Positions 10,271-21,700 of a stretch of DNA of 64,000 nt are shown here, piece by piece. Each line of letters begins with the position of its first letter. Position 1 is the stretch's first letter. The notes beneath the pieces were generated by a model. That model worked only from the letters and a program-made list of their open reading frames with translations, did no database searches and was not told where the DNA came from. The translations under genes were made by a program, and so were the position numbers. Source of the stretch: Epithemia pelagica (Eukaryota > Protista > Bacillariophyta); assembly GCA_946965045.2 (NCBI GenBank), contig OX337232.1, positions 2,914,001-2,978,000 of the forward strand, read 5' to 3'.

Positions 10271-10979
10271 TGGCAGAATTCTCACCAACAACTAGGTTGT
10301 GGTGGAATCAACAACTCATCGACTGATGCTAGTATTTTATGGCATCCGATGACATTTTCGTAAAAAGGAGAAAAGAATGACGGCATGCTCGCAGACCTTT
10401 TAATTTCGGCCAAGGCATGCTCGCAATGCACGCGTTTTGAGCGACCGATCGGATATTAATTATGGCCGAACACGTGCGCGCCTATTATTCTCAAGCGCGC
10501 GCAATCAATATCCGAGTACGCACCTCCACGACTTAGCCCAACGGCCTAAGTAACCGAAGCACGAATCACGATCACGCGAGACCATATCTCTATTCCCACA
10601 AATCAAAGAATGCAAACAGCAACGCGCCAAGGAAACTACCTATATCATGACAAAGCAAGAGCTGTTGGCATTGGTATATGATATACAAGTGCATATACTT
10701 CCAATACACAATATCCATGTCTACTCCAACCATACCAGTCCTGTCAGCGCCATGAATATATCAGTCATGCACCCTGACCAGACCTGCACACCCACACACA
10801 CACCGTAGTCCTAAAGCTCACAATCATTAACATTACCATATCATCACGTCTTCAGTGTCCTGACTATCCCTACGATAGAACCCTTGGGTTTCCTTTGTTC
10901 TCTGACCCGTGGAGAACCTTGGTATCAGTTGGTAATCGATTGTGGCTCTTCTAGAGCGTGTATTGATGAATCTCTACTA
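10271..10979 (+). repeat. 3' LTR of element B
   Basis: Direct repeat of 4807-5515, preceded by a polypurine tract. Confidence 0.95.
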
Positions 10980-13154
10980 GCAGAGGGTCGGGTCGTCGGA
11001 CATGCCTCGACAAATCCCTATCTGGATACGACCCTCTATGAAGTTGAATTCGACGATGGCCATGTACAGTCCTATGCAGCAAATCTTATTGCCGAAAATA
11101 TTTACGAGCAACTCGATGATGAGGGCAATTTGTATCGTATGGTGGAGGAAATCACCGATCACAAAGCAGACAAGACAGCTGTGCCCATATCGGATGGCGA
11201 ATTCGAATTGAACGGACGAAAACACAAGAAGAAGACAACGAGAGGCTGGTTCTTATGTATTAAATGGAAGGATGGCTCTTCAAGTTGGGAGGCCCTGAAG
11301 GATCTCAAAGAATTGTATCCTATCGAAGTCGCTGAGTATGCTGTTGCGAACAAACTAGAAAAAGAACCCGCGTTTGCATGGTGGGTACCGTTCACTCTAC
11401 GAAGGAGAACGAGGCTGATCAAAGCAGCAAAGACTACAAGATACATGCGGCAATTCCAAAAATACGGCATTGAGGTGCCCAAAACAGTGGAACGAGCTCT
11501 CCAGATTGATCGTGAAACTGGTACGGATTATTGGCGTAAAGCCCTGAAACTGGAGATGTCCAAGATTTTCCCAGCCGTCAAAATATTGGATGACGGTGTC
11601 AAAGAACCAGTTGGCTATCAGGTAATCCCTTGTCACATCGTTTTTGATGTCAAGATGGATTTCACCCGAAAGGCCAGATATGTGGCTGGAGGCCATAGAA
11701 CGGAAGAGCCTGAAGCACCAACATACGCAAGTGTCGTCAGCCGTGAGAGCGTCCGAATTGGATTCATGCTGGCCGCTCTCAATGGATTAGAGATTCAAGC
11801 AGCTGATATTGCCGGAGCATATCTTAACGCTCCATGCCTTGAAAAGGTCTGCACAAGATGCGGTTTAGAATTTGGCACCGAATACCAAGGCCGGATTGCG
11901 ATCATCACAAAAGCCCTCTATGGGTTAAAGACCAGTGCCTATGCCTGGCGCGATCTCCTGTCCACTACCCTGCAAGAGGACTTGGGCTATTTCCCATGTC
12001 GAGCAGATCCAGACTGTTATTTACGTCAAGCTACAAAGGGAAATGGAGAGCGCTACTACGAAATGCTGTTCGTCTATACAGACAACATATTGGTCATCTC
12101 GCACAAGCCGATGGAATCTTTGACAATGCTTGACCACCACTACCTACTTAAACCAGATTCGATTGGTATTCCTAAGTATTATCTGGGATCACAAGTACAA
12201 ACGTTCGATATCAATAATGACGTGTCGCAACGATGCTGGGCGTTGAGTTCAGAGAAATATGCAAAGGCAGCCATACGGAACGTCGTCTCATGGCTTGAAA
12301 ATCAAGACCGCAAACTCAAAACCAGAGCACCAAGTGTGTTGCCCAGTGGGTATCGTCCTGAATTGGACACAACACCATATTGTGATCCACATCTAATGAC
12401 CTTCTATCAACAGCAAATGGGTGTGCTTCGCTGGCTCGTCGAATTGGGAAGAATTGACATCGCTGCAGAAGTGTCAATGTTGGCTGGATTTTTGGCAGGG
12501 CCCAGAGAAGGGCATGTGGAGGCAATGCTTCATCTGTTTGCCTATCTTAACCTACACAATCGTTCACGGCTCATCATGGATCCATCATATATTGAGCTTG
12601 GTGATGAACCAACGAGTGACTGGACAGGCTTCTATCCTGGAGCCATTGAAGAAATTCCTCCAGATGCACCCGAACCATTAGGCAAAGCGGTCCAAATGAC
12701 AGTCTTCGTCGATTCAGACCATGCTGGAGATCTCCTGACGCGACGCTCAAGAACAGGTGTGCTCATTTATTTGAATCGAGCCCCCATCTCGTGGTATAGC
12801 AAGAAACAAACGAGCGTTGAGACTTCTACGTTTGGGTCTGAATTTATGGCCCTCAAAGTGGGAGTGGAGATGCTGAAAGGCTTACGATACAAGATGAGGA
12901 TGATGGGTATTCCCTTGGACGGACATGCACATGTGCGAGTAGACAACATGTCTGTGGTCTACAACAGTTCCTTACCGGAATCGACACTACGCAAGAAATC
13001 GAATTCAGTTGCGTATCATTTTGTACGTGAAAACGTGGCAAACGGTACATGCAAGATTGCCTTTGAACCGTCTAAGACAAATTTAGCGGACCTGCTTACG
13101 AAGATTCAAACTGGTCCGGAGCGAACAAGATTGGCACAGATGATTTTATTCTAA
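10980..13154 (+). pseudogene. pol: pol of element A, 3' part (chromo-like segment, RT, RNase H); open frame but RT active site altered
   Basis: RT motifs HIVFDVKMDFTRKARYVAGG, ADIAGAYLNA, KALYGLKTS; YTDN (12075-12086) in place of YxDD; RNase H VDSDHAGD, TFGSEF, VDN, ADLLTK. Confidence 0.9.
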
Positions 13155-13348
13155 GGAAAGCTGTTGGACAATGAGTACGTTTCCCGCCCGACTGAGGGGA
13201 CTGGGTACGTCCTGCACGCCATAAAAGTGGGGCGCTCTAAAGCAGGTGTGAAGAAGATGAATGTTGATGAATTCCAAGTGTTATAGAGTATGAAGATGGC
13301 AAAATGTGACTATATCAAGAGGGTCCGTCATAGCAATTTTGAGGGGAC

Positions 13349-13460
13349 CAAGAAAGGCGACTGATATTAAGCGAATTTTGGGCGAGTAGCTAACCCATGA
13401 GGGACGCGTAGCTTAGAGCTCACTATTTCAGTTTTTCACTTAGACACACGATCGTAATTT
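13349..13460 (+). repeat. 3' LTR of element A
   Basis: Direct repeat of 1066-1177, directly after PPT GAGGGGAC and followed by TSD GCTAG. Confidence 0.95.
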
Positions 13461-13825
13461 GCTAGGAGTTCTATCCACAAACATTTGAATATTGAGCTTT
13501 GTGGAACGGAAACGTCTAACCAGTTCGTCGCTGCTCGAACAAAACGGCCAGATTCTTCCATTACGGTGGTCGATTCAACTAGCCAATGGATAAGGCTTTG
13601 TGGGTTGAGTTTCCAGAATAACAAAACATTTCGATCCACCAGCAACTTCCGGTAATGGACTCAAAACGTACGAAATCTTTCTACTTCTCAGAGTATCGTC
13701 GCGATAAAACACCCGTTTTCATATTGCGTTATCACACACCAATAGCTCTGATATGATCATATTGGATACAGATTCTTTCGATATGAGGCAAGCATCCCGA
13801 GTCACGGATGTCGGGGGACATTGTA

Positions 13826-14093
13826 GATGTCGTTGATGTCGTTTGATGTCGTTTGATGTTTTTATCGCCAAAAGAATCTCTACTCTCCAGCAGTTCGTAT
13901 TATTCAACAGAAAAAAACGACTGACTGACGTTAGGCCCATGGCGAAAGACATTTCAAAAGGCCCATATGAGCACCGCTTGATTTTGACTCAAACCATGTT
14001 TCCGCGCGAGCCCGAAACGACATCAAACGACATCCCTCACGACATCAAACGACATCCCTCACGACATCAAACGACATCCCTCACGACATTCCC
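13826..14093. repeat. Inverted clusters of the GATGTCGTTT/AAACGACATC motif, including three tandem 22-bp units
   Basis: GATGTCGTT(T) three times at 13826-13855; ACGACATCAAACGACATCCCTC three times at 14017-14082 in the opposite orientation. Confidence 0.8.
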
Positions 14094-14143
14094 GTTTGTT
14101 CCATACTAGAGATTGGAAAACCATCCTCTATGGTTTCATAATA

Positions 14144-15674
14144 CGGACTCCGGGGGACAAAAAATTCCCCCACGATATCCCGTGTTTCACGTTGGTGAGA
14201 CTTCCGGCCCTACGAGATTCATGACTCCATTCATTTTCTCGAAGTAAAATGAATTGCCCCTCATCATCCACAAGACGTTCACGCATCTCGCAGTCGTAAC
14301 TCGCACCGATGAACCTTTCACCATGACGAGGCGCTTACCCTTCCTGTGCGAGTAATAAACAACAATCATACAAGTGCAAAATATACAACCCACTTATTAA
14401 TTGTAATCCTATATTATGTAGTCACCACCACTGCTGCTTGTTGTCATTGGTATAGGTGATGGTTTCACTTGGAGTTGGTTGTTGCGTTTGTTGTCGTTGT
14501 CGCGGCACAGGATTGTCTCGTTCGGCCGAAACAAGGCGATGATCGTAGTGTTTGTTGTAAAACCGTAGAACTGAAAGAACCAGAGATAAAGAGAAGTTGA
14601 TCGTTGCTTTTGGTGCCATTGTCATTGTCGTGGCCCCGGATTGTTTTGTTCGGCCGAAACGATGAGTTGATTGTTGCGATGACATGCATGCTACGCGAGG
14701 CCAAAACCAGTTGGTTGTGTAGTTGGTGGTATCTGTTGTCATGTTTGTGGGTGTCGTATCATCATCACCATCCGATGGCTCGGTCGTTGTGGCTGTTGGT
14801 TTTGTCGTCAAGATCCTCCCGCTTTTGATTGTTGCATTGGATCCTGTTGTTGTCGTTGTGGCCAAAACAAGGAGTGGATTGTTGCATTTAGGTTTTGTTG
14901 GAGGTCTAGAGTAGTTGATTGGTGCATTGGTGCCATTGTCTTGTACCATCCAATGGATTGGTCGTGGTGGATGTTGGTTTTGTGGTCGTGGGCTTCACGT
15001 CGTTGGGAAACAAGGGTTAACTTCGCGTCCAACTCGTCGTGGTGCCACAAATCAGTCGCTGTCTTTGTTGTGGCTGAGGTTGTTGCGGTTGTTGCAGTCG
15101 TGATGATGGAGTCGACCCTTCACTTTCACAAGGCGGCGGTTGTTGTTGGGTTCTTGTGGTCTTGCAACATTGAGAGACAGTCTGTTGTTGGTGTTGTCGT
15201 TGTTGCGGCCGACTGTTTTGTTCAGACGAGAATCCTCCAGTTGATTGCCGTGTGTCCTTGCCGCTGCTCTCCCACGACTCATCCATCCATTTAGAAGCTT
15301 CCATTGTTGTCCCTCATTGCAATCTTTGTTTATTACATCATTCTCCGACTCCAATCTTGGTAATCTTGTTGCTTCCTTCCCACCAGGATTTGGAAGACTT
15401 CAAAACCTTGCCTTCGGTCCACCAAAATGGCCAACCCATCGCCGCCCGTTCATTCCGTCACAGTACACTTGATTCTGAGGACTCCGTGGTGGTCGGAGGA
15501 GTGCTAGCACCTTTAGTTGGAGGTGCACACCGGCTTGAGTTTGCCATGTTGGTGTCATGCAGTGTATCATGACCGTGGTTTCCTAAACCACCGGCCCGGA
15601 TAACTATAGACAAAAGAGTACAAGTATGAAAAACACGGCTCACTGTCGGGGAATTTTTCAGCCCCCGGAGTCCG
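14144..15674. mobile_element. Non-autonomous TIR element (about 1.5 kb) flanked by TA, possibly Tc1/mariner-type
   Basis: Perfect 13-bp terminal inverted repeat CGGACTCCGGGGG / CCCCCGGAGTCCG, extending imperfectly for about 45 bp (AAAAATTCCCC..CCGTGTTT). TA on both sides (14142-14143 and 15675-15676). Interior is GTT/AAC-rich with no transposase. Confidence 0.7.
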
Positions 15675-15757
15675 TACGTATTTTGTATTAATTTCGATCC
15701 GTTGTCGAAGAAGTTCTTGGTCTTATCCACTGGGTATTGCTAGCGGATACGGGACTC

Positions 15758-16234
15758 TACGAGTACGACCAAGTTATCCTGGGACAAAGGAGAGACGACC
15801 AGACAGCCACCAACTTAGACATCAAGATTGTCGGTCTTTCACCTAACGCAAGGCGACCCATGGAAGCGAGCGAGTCAACCAGTATAGCCGTTGGAAACGC
15901 GGGGCGTCCCACTCGGAACTTACTATTCTAAACCTTGCTCCGATTCGCAATTGGTATAAGATCTGACTTCTTACACCAAAACCAAGAGTGGGACAATGTC
16001 AAAGCATCATGCTGTCAGTTCAACCAAACCAGCGTCCGACAATCCCGAACCTCAATCACTAATGTCCCTTCCCTGGCGACCAGCCATTTCCGCCACGGAG
16101 GCGTTCCGCGGCTACGTCAGATCACAGAAAAGAGAAAAGAGCCAACTTAGCTCACTCTTCCAATTCACCACGTTCAGACGGCAAAGGCTTGATCACCTTT
16201 GGCGCTGTTCAGGAATTTGTAGAGGAACTTCGGC
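15758..16234 (+). repeat. Repeat A1 of the YR element
   Basis: No difference from 24499-24975 seen by eye; ends 35 nt before the gag ATG. Confidence 0.92.
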
Positions 16235-16269
16235 TTCTTGCTTTTGGCTCTGTTGTTGTTTGTTCTGTC

Positions 16270-18702
16270 ATGTCTTCTTCTTCTCCGTCTCGTCCCTCGC
16301 CGGTCGACGAAGATGCCCTTCTTTCTTCGCTCGTCGCTTCCGCGTCCATTGCGACGCCTAGCTTGGCGGCCGATCGTCCTTCGGCCTCGGCTCCAGGGGG
16401 GGTGGATCGGGGTCAAATCACTTTCGATTCTTCCCTTGACCCCGGTTTTATTGCGGTGAAGACTGATGACAAAGCGGCAACGGCCGCTTCGCGTTCTTCG
16501 CAAGTGGATGCGCCTATGAGCTTTCGTGATCTTGCATCCGATGCTACGAGTAAGTTTTCAATTACTGTTCTTTCGGTCAAAGATGCGAAGGAGAAGCAAC
16601 TTTGCCTCGGAATCAAACGGGGAGGGAACATCTTTTGTATTGACCCCAAGTGCTCGAAAGCCGGGGACCATGGATTGGATGTCCCTCCCCATGATTTGGG
16701 CAATTCCGGCGGTGTCTACATTATGAAGAATACCGCCTCTGCTTTCTGTTCACCCGTGGTACCTCTGGAATCTACGACTCCAGAGGTTTTGGACAGGCTC
16801 AAGCAGGAAAAACACACGATGACTGACTGGATGAAAAAGTTTCAAGTCATGCGTCGTTTGGACCATATCAAGACGGAAGGTATTACTACTTCTAATTTTG
16901 AAGACGAAGAAACCAAGATAGTTAAAGCAACGGCCATCTACACGCCGTATACTATCGGAAAGGGAATGCGAAAAGGCTTGTCCTCTCTCTTAATCGATAA
17001 CTACTCTCCGCATCGAAAGATCCTGGCCGGTGACATTTCGGAAGTTATGAGAAAGGTGCAACAAGACCCAAGCATCATTCCTACCGTCTTGCGTGAGGTT
17101 GAAGATTCGGTTATGGAAGCGGGCGAGCTCATACAGGCTCTTTCAGCGGATCAGTCTTCTGTCAAGAAAGAAACCGTGACCACTGTGGAATCTCTGGGCT
17201 TGCAGCTGGAAAAACTGCAAATGGAAATCGGACCCAGGGAGGAGTTGCAAGAGGAATTCTAGGCCCCTACGCTTTGGGGTATCATTCAAGCGGTAACGGG
17301 CTCTCTCACCGGCAGTGCAGGCAATGGTGCAATGGGCACAACGGAATTTCAAGCAACCATCTCGGATCGAATGACCAAGTTTGAAGAGGATCTGAAAATG
17401 ACGGCTTCGTTCTTGCGCACACTCAAGATGGAGACGGATGCAACATTTCAGACGACCCAGGCCGAGGCAAAAGGAATAATGGATAGCTTTCGATCCCATT
17501 TGGTAAAGGGCTTGCAAGGCCTGATCTCTCGTGTTGGTTCTGTTGAGCAAGACGTCATGCTTTTATCATCAAAACCCTCATCGACTCTTGGAGGCTTGGC
17601 TCCGGGAGGAATTGACTTCGAGGCCAAGTCGAAAGCCCTGGAATCTGAGATGCAATCCTTGCGAGCAATGGTTCAACAATCTCAAGTTGATCTTCAACGC
17701 CTCCGGACCAAGATCGACACCACTGCCATTAAGTTTGGAAACCTTGGACTCTCCTCTATCGACGATTGCAAGGCTTGGGTATCGATGAAATTCGGATCAA
17801 GAGCCTACGGTTTGTTGTTCGACATCTGTCTCGTTTTAGAGTGGTGCGCTTCCCAAGAAAGTGGTGACGTGCTCAGCATGCTCACCACAATGGAAAAGAG
17901 GCACAAGATGCAGATTTCCACAACGAATGATGCTCGTGCCCTCTATGCAATGAAGCTTGAGTTTCCCCAGATCCTCTACAAGGATCTCCCCGGTACGGGA
18001 AAGGACCCCTCTTTTCTAACTGCCATGAAGGATCACGAAGATTGGGATGCACCCGAAACGGGGGTGCGCGACCGCATCATCCACCATTTGGGCAATATGC
18101 ACGGCATGTTCGGGGAGCAAATTTCGGTGACAATGGCCAACGAACCCGAAGCACGCTCACTTGCCATGTCCATGCTGTCCATGTCTGTTGGATGCTGCAG
18201 GGAGCTAATTAACTACTTCGACGAAACGATGAATGAACTTACTACGAAGTCAAAATTCACGAAGAAGAAGGCTTTTAGTCTAGTCACTCAGGTGGTACGT
18301 CGGTTCTTTATTGACTTGTACAAGGTCCGGGCCCAAATCTATTCTTCCTTGTCCACCTCTGACAGCGCAGGGCAATGCGCCTGGATCCTTTATGGGACCT
18401 TGCGCACCCACGATGTCATGGCGGAGTACTCCAAGGCCCGTTTCAAGAACCATCCGTCGGTGTCAAGTGAATACATCCGTTTCCTCTCAACCAATTCTGG
18501 ATTTGAGTCCCTCAAGACCTTGGAGGAAAAGGTGGAACAGATGAAAAGCACGATGCAACAGACGTCCAAGGATTGCCAGTCGGCCAAGCGTGCAGCAGAC
18601 ACGGCTAACAGCACAGTCGATACCCTCAAGAAGGAGTTGTCTGAGATCAAGAAACAGAATCGTCGCGCTCGTGGTGGTACTGGGAACAACAACGAATCCT
18701 GA
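16270..18702 (+). pseudogene. ORF1 (gag-like) of the YR element, with in-frame TAG at 17260-17262
   Basis: ORFs 16189-17262 and 17332-18702 are the same frame (EEF*APTLWG). N-terminal C-x10-C-x4-C-x5-H motif (CLGIKRGGNIFCIDPKCSKAGDH), coiled coils, YGTLRTHDVMAEYSKARFKNHPSVSSEYIRFL. Confidence 0.75.
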
Positions 18703-21700
18703 CCAATAGGAGCATCTAAATTAGTATCTGTGGATGATGTTATCAACGATTCTAATTTTGATGCTCTTAGTGCCTCGTCCTCTGTTACTCTATGGACTGA
18801 CCGACCTTCTACCAAACAACCTCCTGAAGCTTTCCCCACCCCTCCCCGGTCCATTTCATGCACCACCAAGTCCCCTCAACATCTGGTTGACAGAGGTGAA
18901 CGGGGTTTTCGCGAAGACCTTTCGTGTCTTCTTTTGGGTCAAGGCAGTTGCTACTGGGGCTTGTCTTTAAACCCTGGGGATTGGTCGGGAGTTTACATGC
19001 TCGCCTCGGAATACGAATCTTACAGAGCCGACCCTTTTTGGCGCCATGTTGGGGAACATTTCAAGTCCAAACTCTACCTTGTGCCAAGCATCGACTTGGT
19101 GTTGGGTCGCGGCCTCATTTCCGTTGTTCTCATGGAAGGTGACCCAGATTACTTGCAACAGCAACTGGTGTCTGTTCCCAGTGACTGGTCCGTGCTATTG
19201 CTTCTCCCTTCTGGTTGGACGCGACCAGTCCTCCCAGGTGTGCAATGGCTTTCCATCACGCACAAACAATGTGGTGGCATTACAACCGCGCGGGTCAATG
19301 TCGGCCGTCGCCATATCGTCTCGCTGTATTTCAAACTCACGGTGCGGCGTACCATCTCGGCGGTGTTGAATCATTCCATTCGTCCCCAACCCTGTGACAC
19401 CACTGGTCCTCCTTGTAAGCATTACTCGGACACGAGTTTGTTGCATACTCGAATGGTTCATCAGCCCGTTCGAGTCCCTACCACCTTTTACAAGTCTGGT
19501 TGGGGCTATCGACCACTCACTGCTGCCGAATTGGGTACGGCATATGACTTGCCTTTGTGGATTGATCCGTCTTCCCCCGGGTTCGATTGGTGGTACTCTC
19601 ATCTCCTTAACCCCCGATTCGTTCCCATCAAGATTCCATCCACCCTCCTGACGGCGGCCCTTCCTCATCTCAACCCGGTCTTGATCCATAAGACGTGCGA
19701 ACACGCCGGTATCAAGCGCGATCCCACACCTCTGTCCCCTGTCACACCCAAACGGGGACGCTGGAGCCCTCTTTCCCAAGAAACCACGAAAGACGGCCAA
19801 TTGGGTACCACCTTTCCCTCCATCAAGGCTTTCCTCGCGCATTCCACCTGGTTAGATGAGTCTTTGGTTGTTGCCAAAGCCACCAAGGCCGATGACGCCG
19901 TTACTCCCTTTTGGTTATGGGATCAACGTATTCTCGGGGTCTTTCCTTGGCTCTCCGCCCGCGCCCTGAATGGTTTTCGGTTGCTTGGACTTCGCTGGTG
20001 GCGTCGCTGTCTCTTCAAAAGTTTTCTTTTGTATTTGGTCGAGCGGTTTGGCCACAACTGGGGGAGTCTTCGTCACTCTGCTCCTCCCTCAACAGGGGGG
20101 GATTCTTTTTCTCTCCCTCAGGTTTGTCTAGCTGGTTGTTCTGTGCTGTCGCAACTCCTGTCAGCCAGCTGGTGGGAATGGGACAATGGCTCGTCTCTCG
20201 TGTTCTGGCGTTGGAACGGCCCAGACCAACAGCGACATGCTTACTTGGGTCAACCCATTCACGTTATGGATGATCTCCCCCACAACCATAGAGCGCAACG
20301 TGCGCCAGCCGACGATTCCATCCAACGCGTCGCTGAAAAACTGAGTAAAGTCATTTCGCGGGGCTATTTCGATCAAGGCCAACCCATCGAAAGCCTTACC
20401 GACTATTTTGATGTCCCTAAAGGCCCTACCGACATCAGAATGGTATACAATGGAACCAGTTCGGGATTGAATGACGCCCTTTGGGCACCAAACTTTTGGC
20501 TTCCAACCGCTGAGGCATCCCTACGCCTTCTCACGTGCGACTCTTACTGTGGAGATATGGACCTAGGGGAAATGTTTTTGAACTTCCCCATGGACCATAC
20601 TCTTCGACCATACGCGGGCGTCGACCTTAGACCCATCAAGTCCTACTTGCCTGACGGTCTGCTTTCTCCACCTTCTCTATCCAAGATTCGGTGGAATAGG
20701 CTATTCATGGGCATGCTACCCAGTCCGTATCATGCTGTGGAGCAATTCTATCTGGCCGAAGAGGTAGCTCGGGGCTCACCTTTTGAACCGGGCAACCCCT
20801 GTGGGTTCGATTCCATTCGTTTTAACATTCCCGGGTCGGCTGACTACTCACCCACCCTTCCCTGGGTAATGAAGTGGAACTCGAAGTCGCAAAGCATAGC
20901 AGGGGACGCTGTTACCTATATGGACGACATCCGTTTCATCGGGTCAACAGCAGAGAATGCTTGGCAAGTTGCCAGACGTTTGGCATCTCGTCTACAACAC
21001 ATGGGGATTCAAGACGCGCCGCGCAAACGCCGTCCACCATCCAAAACACCCGGCGCATGGGCGGGTTCAATCCAACAAGTGTCAGAAACTGCGGTATCCA
21101 AGACGGTGACTCAAGAGAAGTGGGATAAAGCACGTACCATCGCCCAACGATATACTGATGGCTTCAAGAAGTCACCAACTCCCGCTTTTTCGCACAAACA
21201 AATGCAACGAGATGTCGGTTTTCTCGTCCATGTGGCAATGACCTTCTCCTCCCTCATGCCGTTCTTAAAAGGCTTCTATTTGACCATGAACGCTTGGCGG
21301 GGAGGAAGAAACAAGGATGGATGGAAACTCAGTTCCAAGGAGTGGATTGCTCATCTGCAACCCAAATTGTCGGATGCTGATGTAGACACCCTTTGCGGTT
21401 TCTTGGATGAACCAGACGAGGATGGCACCAAAACCTCAAGCCATGATTCACCGCCCGAGGCTCCAAACAACAAAGACTCTCCACCAAGAACTGTTTATCC
21501 CGTACCGCGCCTTGCATCGGATGTCAAAGCCATTGCTGCAATGTTCGACTCTGAACACCCTCCGGTCATGCAAGTTAGATCCGCATCCATCTTTGTCGCC
21601 ATATACGGTGCAGGAGACGCCTCGGGAGCAGGCTTCGGTTCAGCCATCTTACTACCACAAAAGTCCCTCTCCTACAGAATCGGCGTCTGGCGACAAGACG

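Larger units (their letters stand above)
4807..10979 (+). mobile_element. Nested non-autonomous CoDi-type copia element B
   Basis: 709-bp LTRs at 4807-5515 and 10271-10979 (about 4 mismatches by eye), TSD GCAGA (4802-4806 and 10980-10984), PBS at 5516, PPT GTGGGGAG at 10263-10270. Removing it restores the pol A frame RDA/EGRVVGHASTNP. Confidence 0.95.
1066..13460 (+). mobile_element. Ty1/copia (CoDi-type) LTR retrotransposon A, interrupted by nested element B, defective
   Basis: 112-bp LTRs at 1066-1177 and 13349-13460 with 1 mismatch, TSD GCTAG (1061-1065 and 13461-13465), PBS at 1178, PPT GAGGGGAC at 13341-13348, domain order gag-PR-IN-RT-RH. Confidence 0.95.

Noticed and set aside
10884-10979. 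N-terminus of the 756-aa ORF taken as the start of a gene
   Set aside because: These codons are the 3' LTR of element B read in frame by chance; the real pol A sequence resumes at 10980.
15737-16361. Small ORFs (64, 71 and 121 aa) duplicated at 24475-25273
   Set aside because: They recur only because they lie in repeats A and B of the YR element; there is no evidence of coding function.
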